DNA from: a virus
Strand: one strand, 5' to 3'
Length of the DNA: 64,000 nt
Virus record (IMG/VR): IMGVR_UViG_3300032242_001644
Span: 22,413 to 86,412 of that record
Part shown: in pieces, positions 47,946 through 57,900 of the stretch
How positions within the stretch are numbered: the stretch's first letter is position 1
Layout of the letters: each line of letters starts with the position of its first letter
Notes under the pieces: model-generated
Databases searched by the model: none
The model's input: the letters and a program-made list of their open reading frames with translations, nothing else
Told to the model about the DNA's origin: nothing
Program-made: the position numbers and the translations under genes

Positions 47946-48305
47946 TCATGCATTACCCTGGTCAGGATACGTGTAAGATTGGTTTATCCTAACCACTAAT
48001 TCGCCGTTGTCGTTCAAGTAGTAGTACATACTTCGGCGATCCCATCGATATTGTTCATAATTTAAATTTGGATAAACCAAATTATGATAAACATCACGAC
48101 CTTCAAAGAAGTCTACTCCCATTTGAAAATCTGTATAATCGTCATTTCCGTCTGCTGGATTATTAATAGTAATCGAGTCAGTGCCAGTTAATTGATCAAT
48201 TCTGGCAAAATATAAATCCCCGTCGTCTGTTCTGCGGAGAGCATACATATATCTCTCATCATCTTCTAACATTTGATCCGGATTATGTCCAATATAGTGT
48301 GTCAT
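47946..48305 (-). CDS. Hypothetical protein (acidic, Tyr-rich)
   Basis: 119 aa ORF with an AAGGA RBS inside the structural operon. Confidence 0.75.
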   Translation of the reverse strand: MTHYIGHNPDQMLEDDERYMYALRRTDDGDLYFARIDQLTGTDSITINNPADGNDDYTDFQMGVDFFEGRDVYHNLVYPNLNYEQYRWDRRSMYYYLNDNGELVVRINQSYTYPDQGNA

Positions 48306-48314
48306 AAATTATCC

Positions 48315-48644
48315 TTAAATTAGTTCAACGTAACTTATAATTGCATCAACGCTGTCATCCAGGTTAGAATTAATATATAAGGTGTTACTAGTCGACATGA
48401 TGAGCTTCTCACCACCGTTAACTACTCTCATACTTGAATTTGGAGGTAACACTAGCCCCTTTGCATAGTATGCAGTCACTGACGTGTCGTCTTTTAATTG
48501 AATATCAATCATAACAACTCCGTCGGTTAAATTTGCAAGACTAAAACCAATGATCGTTGTGCGACTGTTTGCTGCCGTAGCAATTGCTTCCACAGGAACT
48601 TTTCCTATGTTTTTAATTATTGCGTTTCTAAAAAATGATGCCAT
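48315..48644 (-). CDS. Small beta-sandwich adaptor-like protein
   Basis: 109 aa; pattern ..LANL...I.L...YAKGLVLPPNSS...KLIM..; similar layout to 60544..60885. Confidence 0.75.
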   Translation of the reverse strand: MASFFRNAIIKNIGKVPVEAIATAANSRTTIIGFSLANLTDGVVMIDIQLKDDTSVTAYYAKGLVLPPNSSMRVVNGGEKLIMSTSNTLYINSNLDDSVDAIISYVELI

Positions 48645-48649
48645 GTTCT

Positions 48650-51600
48650 TTATCCAAAAATGATTGCACTTAAAATACCAATGTCTTGCGCTTCTGCTGC
48701 ACTGACGCCGCCGCCTGCACCCTGACCTGCGTTAATCCAATTTGATCCGTCCCAAATTTCAACACGGAAATTGCCCGGATCTACGTTATATCTCATCATG
48801 CCTACGGCAAACAACGGTGGGCGTTGTTCAGTTAAACCTGTAGGAATTACAAAACCACCGGTACTGTTAATCTTAAAATAACCATTGCCGGTTTGATTAA
48901 TATAGGTGATACTGTTATTTACAGTATTTGTAATTGTGTTATCTTTAAACGAAAAATTACCAGTACGAACTGCGCCTGCACCATTTGGTGCAAGTATTAA
49001 ATTTTCATTTGTGCTAGTTGTTGATATTGTGTTACCAGTAACATTGATATCACCCGCTGTTAATGTTGTTACATTAAATCTTGTTGAATTTAAATCAGCA
49101 ACCTGTGTACCATCAGTATAAAATCTAATAGTGTTGTCATTTGCACCAGGCGTTAATTCAGCGGTAATTTTTGTATTACCATCTGCATCTTCCACACCGT
49201 CTAATCTAACCCAAGTAATACCGTTATATCCTTCATAACGAGCCAGTGTGGTATTGAAACGAATCATGCCCTCAGTTGGAGTTACTGGTCGTTGATTCTG
49301 ACTAGTTCCCGGAGAGTATGCACTGTCACCTGTACCAGATGGTAATTTTAATGCCTGATTAGAATTGATACTGACAATACCGGTACCGTTGGGTTGCAGT
49401 ACTAGATCTGTATCTGCAGCACTGATTCTAATGGTGTTATCTTGGATTTCGAATTGTTCTAATTCAATAAATCCGGTTCCAGCTGCTTTTAATTGTAAGT
49501 TACTGTTAGTAGCAGTAGTTTGAATTATATTACCGCTGATGGTTATATCGCCATCATTAAATGTTGCCGCAGTAATTGTGCCGCTGTTGTTGATAATACT
49601 AGTGGTTGTTGTACCTGTAACTGTTAAGTTTTGATCAATTGCAACATCATTATTTGGAACGTATATTCTTCCAGTTCCCGCTGCCTGTAGATTAAGATCA
49701 TTATTGCCAATTGTAGTGGTAATAACATTGTTGTCAATCTGCACATCCTTAAATTGTGCAGTTGCACCCACAGTCAAGTTACCGTTTAAGGTATATGTGC
49801 CGGTTTGTGTTACATCGCCGGTTTGTGTAGTTGCACCAGTTTGTGTTACAGTTCCTACTATTGTAGTACTGGCCAGTGTGGTTAATCCAACCACAGTCAA
49901 TGCTTGATCTAGTTGAACGTTATTATTTGGAACATAGACTTTTCCACTGCCATTGGCCTGTAACTCTAAATTAGAATTAGAAACGGTTGTAGTAATTACA
50001 TTACTGTTGACCGTAATATCACCTGTACTGAATGTTCCCGATGTGACAGTTCCAGTATTGTTTATACTGGTAGTAGTAGTAGTGCCAGTAACAGTTAATG
50101 TTTGATTTAATAAAACATTGTTACTTGGTACTAGAACTTTGCCAGTACCGCTAGCCTGTAATAATAAATCATTAGAACCAATAGTGGTTGTGATAACATT
50201 ATTGTCAATCTTAACATCTTTAAATTGTGCTGTATTGTTTACAGTTAAATTGCCTGTTAAGACAAAATTACCAGTTTGATTGGTATTACCGGTGTGGGTT
50301 GTATCACCGGTATGTGTTAAGGTGCCTGTTATACCAGTTGTACTTAATGTTGTTGTTCCGCTGACCTGTAATGTTTGACCAAATTGAACATCATTAGTTG
50401 GAACTGTAATTTTTCCAGTACCTGCTGCAATTAATTCTAGATTCGAATTAGTAACAGTTGTACTAATGGTATTGCTGGTTACTTGAATATTTCCGGTACT
50501 AAAGGTTCCCGATGTAACTGTTCCGGTATTGTTTATTGTTGTTGTAGAACTAGTACCAGTTACTGTTAACCCGTTGGCAATTTCAACATTATTACTTGGA
50601 ACTAGTACACGACCAGTACCTGCCGCTAGCAGTTGTAAATTATTATTACCAATAGTAGTGGTAATGACATTGTTGTCAATCTGCACATCTTTAAATTGTG
50701 CTGTATTATTAACTGTTAAATTACCAGTTAGAGTAAAATCACCAGTTTGTGTAGTATCACCAGTTTGTGTAGTTGCACCAGTATGAGCTAGTGTTCCTAC
50801 AATAGTAACATCAGCGGTAGTTGTAGTGCCAATAACTCTTAACTGTTGTGCCAATTGCACATCGTTAAGAGGAACAATTATTTTACCTGAGCCGTTTGCA
50901 ATTAATTCTAAATTACTATTTGATTGTGTAGTTGTGATATAATTTTGAGAAATTAGAATATCACCAGTTGAAAATGTACCGGCTGTTACTGTGTTAGGTG
51001 TGGTAAGAGTAGCAATAGTTGCTAGTCCGTTAACTGTTAAATTGTTATTAATCAGTACATTTGCTGTTGGTATAATTACCTTTCCGGTACCGTGCGCATT
51101 TAGATTTAAATTATCGTTTCCTACTGTTGTAGCAACTGAATTTCCAGAAATTAATATATTGTTAAATTGTGCGTCACCGCTGACTGCTATTCTACCAGTA
51201 ACATTTAAATTACCAGTTTGGGTGACTGTGCCCGTTTGAACAACATCGCCAGTTTGGGTGACTGTGCCAGTTATATTAACATCTTTTGTATTGGTTGTGC
51301 CGTTAACTGTTAAGTTCTGAGTCAGCTCAACATTATTACTAGGTACTAGGATCTTTCCGGAACCGTTTGCACGTAATTCTAAATTTGAGCTTGAATCAAT
51401 TGTGGTAATAACATTAGAATCAATTCTAATACTGCCAATGTCTGCTTCTGTGGCATAGATTCCTTTCCACTGTAGCGTTGGACTACCTAGATTATATGTG
51501 CTGGTAGTTGTAGGGAGAATATCGCTGTTTACACCTGCAACAAAACTAACAGTATCAGTAGTTTGGTCACCAATAGTAATATTACCTGCAATGGTAACAT

Positions 51601-54600
51601 TACCAACGACATCAAGATTACCTGCAACATGCACATTGCTTTGTAGATTAATTAAATTACTTGCCGCGGTTACATTAAAGTCTTGTGATAATGTTTGTAT
51701 TGTGTTACCAGTGATTCTAAAATCACCAGTTTCAATTTTGGTGGCATCAACATAGGTTATGTTGCCTAGACCATTGTTAAAGGTCAGGCTTGTTCCAAAT
51801 GTAACATTACTATTAGTGAAATTAACTTCGCCAGTGTGTTGATTAACAGCAAAGTGATCACCAACATTAAAATTTCCTTCATTGTCAACATACGTATAAT
51901 AAATCTGTGCGCCGTTTGTTTTAACAACTTCATTACCATCAATTTTATCGTTAGGATCGTTAGTTGTTAGTTTGCCTGCACCAATATATGCAACGTTATG
52001 ACTGATAAAATATCCAACAACCCCAACACCGTCGCCAACAATACCATAATTTCCATATACGCTTGCTGATCCAATTGAACGCATTTCAGCGCCAAAATCT
52101 GAATAATCGGCAAAATCAATTATTGTTGAGCGGCCGCCTGCACTGGTTCTAATATCTTGTTGTGTGTAGCCGTCATCGACCATTGCTGTGGAATTATTTG
52201 CACCATCAAAGTGCATCATCAATACGGTGTTGTTATCTGGCTTTAGGGCTGCGGTTGGTGCTGTAAAGTTTGCAGTATATTTTGCAACGCCTTTTTCAAT
52301 TCTTAGATCGTCTATGTATCCGTAAAATAAACTAGTTTGAGTAAAATTAGCTCCGATAACCACTGGACATTGAATATAATTGTTGTTGTCTGTATATGTG
52401 GTTCCGCTTTGTGTTCCATTAACAAACATTTTAGTGCTTGTTCCTGATTTAGAAACAGCAATATGTGTCCATGTGTTTAATGGTACTGCGGCGGCACCTG
52501 TGATTACGTTAACACCATTAACAAGAAATGTTGGAACATAAGTGGTGTTTAAATATAAAACAGGAGTCACTGATGGATTTGATGGTCGGAAGTCTGTTAA
52601 GATTTGATTTAATCCAACTCCGCCTGTTCTATACACCCACAGTTCAATAGTAAAGTTTCCTGTACCAAACGCAAAATCAGGTGACGATGCTAGACTAAGA
52701 TAATCAGTAGTTCCGTTTAATATTAAACTTGCAGTACCATATTTGTAAATTGATGATGATAATTTTGCTCCACCGTGTACTGTTATAGTTTTGCCAGGAC
52801 GGTTAGTGATCGTATCAAATCCCAGTACGCGGCCGTTAATATTATAAAAGTCGCCATCAATACTGCTAATTGTGCCTGTTGCTAGTACTGTAGACCCATC
52901 GGCAGCAAAAGATGTCAGTGTATTGCCAACTGCCCACGTGCCTGTCTTGTTGGTAATTTTAATTCTAGTTTTGCCGGCGCCTGCAAATCCATTTGTACTG
53001 CTGTAAAGGTAAAAACTACGTCCAGCAAAATATGTAAAAGAATTTAACCACTCAATTCTAGTGCCGTTGGTTGCTGCAATTGCGTCGCCGCCGGGAACAA
53101 TAAATGTAGCATTGTGGAATAACATTGCTGCTTCGTTACTAGTTGCATCTAAGATGGACCCGTCAACATATGCGCCCATTCCGGCGTCACCTCGATCATA
53201 CCCACGAGGATCGGGTGTTGGCTGTGTCCAAAATGCTAACCCTGCATACACCGAGTGTTCATTTCCGCCTCGAACTATATCATAGATCATAGCATCAACT
53301 ATCACGCCCATATTATTCTTAGTTGATACTGGATCAAATGTTGTAGGTGCGTAGGTTACTGTTGCGTAGGCATATGCTTCTTCTTTAAGAAATTCTTTGT
53401 TTAGTGAAAGAATAGTGGCAGCATTGACCAATACGCCCGATGTAACGGCTGCGCTATTGGCTGTTATGCTTGGAAGATTTGCTTTTAATGTTCCATTATT
53501 AATAACATAATTTACATTATCTAATAGACCTTGTAGTTTTGTACCTGTAGTGCCGTCTGATGCTAGCGGTCCTGCACTGGGATTTAATGGGTTAGACGGG
53601 GTTTTGGTAACTGTTCCGTTAGTTACCAGGGCTGTAATTATATTTTTAATTCTAGTAACAGTACCAACAGTTTGTGTTTTAATACTGTTAACAGATAATA
53701 CACTGGCGGTACCTTGTGTAATTACAGATATGTTTTTAACATAGGGACTACGAGTAGTTACCTTTCCGCCAGATTGGAATGAAAATGCATGTCCTGTATT
53801 GTTAGCGGCATCGTGATAAAAATTACCAAAGGTGCAATCTTCAACAGTAGTTTCACCTGTTAATGCAACAGCATTTTTATACATAGTTGATGCTGTTGGA
53901 TAGATGAATACACTTCGTATTCCTGCACCTTTAACAGATACTCCCGCAGGAACAACTAGAGGAAACGTTTCTTCGTAACGACCAGGGTAGATGAATACTG
54001 TAGTGCCAGACGTAGCTTGACTAAGTGCATGAGAAATAGTTGCAAATGGATCGTTTTGATGTGTGCCGGACTTTGTATCATTGCCGTTAGTTGCAACATA
54101 GATAATATTGCCCTGCGTTAATGATAAATTAATTCCATTAATAATTAACGAGTCAGCGGTTACAGTTTGAGAATGTAAATTCTGAACCCAAAGATCTTTC
54201 CAGTGTTTATCGCTACTGCCTAATGAGTATAGATCAGTTGTACTTGGTATAATATTGCTGTCAATTTTAGCATTAAAAGTAACAGTGTCGTTATAGGGAA
54301 CTGCTTGATTAGTACTACCAATTTGTATATTGCCATCAGCACTGATATTGCCCGTTGCGGTAATGTTACCGGTAACATTGGTATTACCATAGATATCAAC
54401 AGTTCCGGTACCGTGAGGACGTAGTTCTAAGTTTGCATTGCTAGCAGTTGTTGAGATTGTATTATTTTCTAATTTTAAATCATCAACTAGTAATTTTGAT
54501 TGATATACAACTAGGCCACCTGCAGCACCTGCTAGATTTAGCGTGCCTGTATTGCTGGTAATTGTACTACCAGAAATATTGATATTTCCAATATTAATAT

Positions 54601-54808
54601 TATCGCTGGTAATATTAATAGTGCCGGTACGTGTTGTACCATTTACTGTCAAGTCTGCTGTTATGTCAGTAGGATTGGCGACATTTATGCCGATGCGCTT
54701 ATTATTAACATCTAGATAAAGTAGGTTCGTCTCGAAGGCTAAATCCACACCATTTCTGATGAGGTTGTTCTTCAAGAGCGGACCGCTAATTCGACCAAGC
54801 TGGCTCAT
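48650..54808 (-). CDS. Giant fibre protein (2052 aa) with a LamG/ConA-like domain and beta repeats
   Basis: LamG motifs FTIELWV..WTHIAV..GYIDDLRI; I..N.ITTT..N..L.L.A.GTG repeats; ends GILSAIIFG. Confidence 0.85.
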   Translation of the reverse strand: MSQLGRISGPLLKNNLIRNGVDLAFETNLLYLDVNNKRIGINVANPTDITADLTVNGTTRTGTINITSDNINIGNINISGSTITSNTGTLNLAGAAGGLVVYQSKLLVDDLKLENNTISTTASNANLELRPHGTGTVDIYGNTNVTGNITATGNISADGNIQIGSTNQAVPYNDTVTFNAKIDSNIIPSTTDLYSLGSSDKHWKDLWVQNLHSQTVTADSLIINGINLSLTQGNIIYVATNGNDTKSGTHQNDPFATISHALSQATSGTTVFIYPGRYEETFPLVVPAGVSVKGAGIRSVFIYPTASTMYKNAVALTGETTVEDCTFGNFYHDAANNTGHAFSFQSGGKVTTRSPYVKNISVITQGTASVLSVNSIKTQTVGTVTRIKNIITALVTNGTVTKTPSNPLNPSAGPLASDGTTGTKLQGLLDNVNYVINNGTLKANLPSITANSAAVTSGVLVNAATILSLNKEFLKEEAYAYATVTYAPTTFDPVSTKNNMGVIVDAMIYDIVRGGNEHSVYAGLAFWTQPTPDPRGYDRGDAGMGAYVDGSILDATSNEAAMLFHNATFIVPGGDAIAATNGTRIEWLNSFTYFAGRSFYLYSSTNGFAGAGKTRIKITNKTGTWAVGNTLTSFAADGSTVLATGTISSIDGDFYNINGRVLGFDTITNRPGKTITVHGGAKLSSSIYKYGTASLILNGTTDYLSLASSPDFAFGTGNFTIELWVYRTGGVGLNQILTDFRPSNPSVTPVLYLNTTYVPTFLVNGVNVITGAAAVPLNTWTHIAVSKSGTSTKMFVNGTQSGTTYTDNNNYIQCPVVIGANFTQTSLFYGYIDDLRIEKGVAKYTANFTAPTAALKPDNNTVLMMHFDGANNSTAMVDDGYTQQDIRTSAGGRSTIIDFADYSDFGAEMRSIGSASVYGNYGIVGDGVGVVGYFISHNVAYIGAGKLTTNDPNDKIDGNEVVKTNGAQIYYTYVDNEGNFNVGDHFAVNQHTGEVNFTNSNVTFGTSLTFNNGLGNITYVDATKIETGDFRITGNTIQTLSQDFNVTAASNLINLQSNVHVAGNLDVVGNVTIAGNITIGDQTTDTVSFVAGVNSDILPTTTSTYNLGSPTLQWKGIYATEADIGSIRIDSNVITTIDSSSNLELRANGSGKILVPSNNVELTQNLTVNGTTNTKDVNITGTVTQTGDVVQTGTVTQTGNLNVTGRIAVSGDAQFNNILISGNSVATTVGNDNLNLNAHGTGKVIIPTANVLINNNLTVNGLATIATLTTPNTVTAGTFSTGDILISQNYITTTQSNSNLELIANGSGKIIVPLNDVQLAQQLRVIGTTTTADVTIVGTLAHTGATTQTGDTTQTGDFTLTGNLTVNNTAQFKDVQIDNNVITTTIGNNNLQLLAAGTGRVLVPSNNVEIANGLTVTGTSSTTTINNTGTVTSGTFSTGNIQVTSNTISTTVTNSNLELIAAGTGKITVPTNDVQFGQTLQVSGTTTLSTTGITGTLTHTGDTTHTGNTNQTGNFVLTGNLTVNNTAQFKDVKIDNNVITTTIGSNDLLLQASGTGKVLVPSNNVLLNQTLTVTGTTTTTSINNTGTVTSGTFSTGDITVNSNVITTTVSNSNLELQANGSGKVYVPNNNVQLDQALTVVGLTTLASTTIVGTVTQTGATTQTGDVTQTGTYTLNGNLTVGATAQFKDVQIDNNVITTTIGNNDLNLQAAGTGRIYVPNNDVAIDQNLTVTGTTTTSIINNSGTITAATFNDGDITISGNIIQTTATNSNLQLKAAGTGFIELEQFEIQDNTIRISAADTDLVLQPNGTGIVSINSNQALKLPSGTGDSAYSPGTSQNQRPVTPTEGMIRFNTTLARYEGYNGITWVRLDGVEDADGNTKITAELTPGANDNTIRFYTDGTQVADLNSTRFNVTTLTAGDINVTGNTISTTSTNENLILAPNGAGAVRTGNFSFKDNTITNTVNNSITYINQTGNGYFKINSTGGFVIPTGLTEQRPPLFAVGMMRYNVDPGNFRVEIWDGSNWINAGQGAGGGVSAAEAQDIGILSAIIFG
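49700..50720 (-). repeat. Three diverged tandem coding repeats of about 470 bp (AQFKDV.IDNNVITTTIG units)
   Basis: Near-identical TTGTCAATCT...AAATTGTGC segments at about 49731, 50202 and 50673. Confidence 0.7.
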
Positions 54809-54916
54809 GCGCTCTCCTATTGACCCCGTGTTTCACGGTTAACCACCTTGCATTGCGGGTTTACCACAGTTTAATATCGGGGACTTTTGGTCAAATCCCT
54901 CAGTAATAGTATTTAG
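54809..54916 (-). ncRNA. Candidate structured 5'-leader RNA of the 2052 aa fibre gene
   Basis: About 100 nt, GC-richer than its surroundings, between a CTAAATA box and the AGGAG RBS; several hairpins. Confidence 0.5.
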
Positions 54917-54928
54917 CGAATTTGGAAA

Positions 54929-57900
54929 TTAACCCAGGATCAAGCCCCAAAGATCAGTAATGGCAGCAATCTCAGCAGCATTTAACAGAGCAACATTACC
55001 GCCACCTAACGATACATATTCAATTCCGTTAAAAACCTCGGCCACACTTAAATTTGTATTAAATCTAAAGTCACCAAGCACTGGATTTGTTGGGCGACTA
55101 GCTTCATCACCTGCTGGGATACCAATTCCGCCTGCGCCGCCGAACTGAACATACCCGTATCCTGTATTTTGCACAACAATAGCAGAAGTGGGGTCTTCGT
55201 TTTGTATATTGTTTGTGTTAAATTCAATGTTACCAAGTTTTAATTGACCAGCGTTATCCGGAGTTAGTACAATATCGGACCCAACACTAGTTGATGAAAT
55301 TGTATTTCCGCTAAACTGTAAATTATTGTTCACTAACATCGAATTGAGATTCAATCCAGCTGATGTCAGTGTCATTGCTGTGGTGTTATTGGCTACAAAA
55401 TTAATGCTGTTGTTGGTAGGATGGGCAAGAACTGTAGTTCTACGATCTGTTGAAAATAATCCGCCAAACGTAACTCTAGCTCCGTTCCATCCTGAAAATA
55501 ATGTATCAGATGTGTTTAATCTAATGTCTCCAATATTGTTTGTACTACGGGCAGCGGTAGTACCTGAAGGAATTTTTAATGCATTAGTGGCTGATATTAT
55601 TGCGCTGCCTGCACCAACTGTTAGCTCAATGTTGTCATTCAATGCCGTTGCTTTAATACTATTTGCATCGAACGTAATTTTAGGTAATGTTACATTTCCA
55701 AGACCTGCTGCAACTAATTTAATATTTGTAGAGGGCTGACTTGTTATATAATTCTGAGAAATTATTAAATTACCGTTGGTAAACATATCGGAGTATACAG
55801 TTCCGCTATTGTTAATAGTAGTGGTTGCTGTTGTTCCATTGACCCGCAATTGATTTGTTATTGCTACATTGTCATATCCTACACGTACAACTCCGCTGCC
55901 TGCGGCACGTAATTCTAAATCGGCATTAGATGCTGTGGTTGTAATCACATTATTAACTATCGACATTTCAGCAAAAAACGCACTAGTGTCAGTTACTGTT
56001 AAATTATTAGAAATACTAAAATTACCAGTTTGAACAACATTGCCAGTTTGTGTTTTATTTCCTGTGAGCAATTCGTTAGCAATTACAAGATTCTTAATCG
56101 AAGTGGCACCTGATACTTTCAACTCGTGATCAATTAACAGTGGATCATAGGCTAAATGTATATCTTTTGTTGCTCTTAACACTAAATCAACATTGCCCAA
56201 TGTGGTAATGTAGTTGTCTTTAAAAACAATGGTACCATCGCTGAAACGATCCGAAGTAATTGTTCCGCTGTTTGTTATTCCTGCAGTTGTTGTTGACCCG
56301 TCAACTTGTAAATTTGCCGCAACTCTAAATACATCATCAATTACCACGCGACCGGTTCCTGCAGCACGTAATTCTAAATCTGCGTTTGTATCAGATGTAG
56401 AAATTATGTTGTTAACAATATCAACATTGTTAAAATATGCAGCTTGGGTAACCGTTAAATTATTAGATAATGTGTAATCGCCTGTTTGATTAGAATTACC
56501 TGTTTGATTGCTAGTGCCTATATGTGTCAATAGTACCGGTGCAAGTGCATTACCAATGACAGTATTGCCTAATGTTGATGTTCCGGTAACAGCCAAATCA
56601 TTACTAATTAATACACTATTAGACGCTGCTGATACTTTTCCAGATAAATTAGGGGACAATATTAAATTATCATTGCCCACGGTGGTGGCAATATAGTTTT
56701 GTGTTATTACTATGTTGCCTTCTGTAAATGTGTCAGCTGTTATAGTTCCACTGTTGGTAATACCGTTTGTGGTAGTGGTACCTACAACACGTAAATTATT
56801 TGTAATAGTTAAATTATCATTGACTAGAACTTTGCCAGTACCTGCTGCACGTAGTTCTAGATCAGAATTGGTATTAACTGTGGTAATTTGATTGTTAACA
56901 ATATTAATATTATTAAAATATGCTGCTTGAGTAACGGTTAAATTACGAGATAAGTTATAATTACCGGTCTGTATAGTATTGCCTGTTTGGTTACTAGCAC
57001 CGGTGTGGGTTATTGCTCCGTTAATAACAGTATTAGCCAGTGTTGATAATCCGTCTACTTTTAGATTGTTTGTAATTTCAACATTACTAACACCTATAAC
57101 TTTTCCGGTTGAGTGTGCTTTTAATAATAAATTATGATTTAATCCTGTTGTAGCTATTTGGTTATCAAAAATAACGATATCACTATCATTTAATCTAGGT
57201 AAAGACAGTGTATCGGTAATTGATGCATTACCAACTGTGGTTATACCCAACGCATTTAAATTATTTTGTATTTGTACATCTGCTACAGGAACCAAAACTT
57301 GTCCGCTACCTGCTGCATATAATTCTAAATCGGCATTAGATGCTGTGGTTGCAATTTGTCCAGCTGACACTGTGATAGTTTCGAATGCCGCTTGCACAGT
57401 TGCAGATATATTTCCAGTAAGTCCGATGCCGTTAGATACGTTTCTATTGCCGGTTTGTGTTGTTGACCCAGTTTGATGAATATATCCAGTTATATTAACA
57501 TTTTTTGTTGTGCTAGTACCATTAACTGTTAGTTGATTACTGATCAACAACTCATTATTTTCAAACAGAATCTTTCCGGACCCGTGAGTTCTTAATTCTA
57601 GATCTGCATTAGAAAGGGTAGTTTGTATAATATTGTCAAAAATTTGTATATTACTATCGATTACGGATAACTGATTGATTATTTTATTCCATCGTTTACC
57701 AGGTAATATTAATGGTTCGCCTAGCCCTGTTACAAATGTATCGTTACCTAAACTAAATCTTCGATCAGCTGACGGTAAAATATCCGAACTAGTGTCTGCT
57801 TTAAACTCAGTCATATCAACAAGTTGATCGCCGAGAGTTAATGTACCTTTAACGGAAAAATTGTTGCCTACTGAAATATCTTTATTTGCTAAAATATTTT

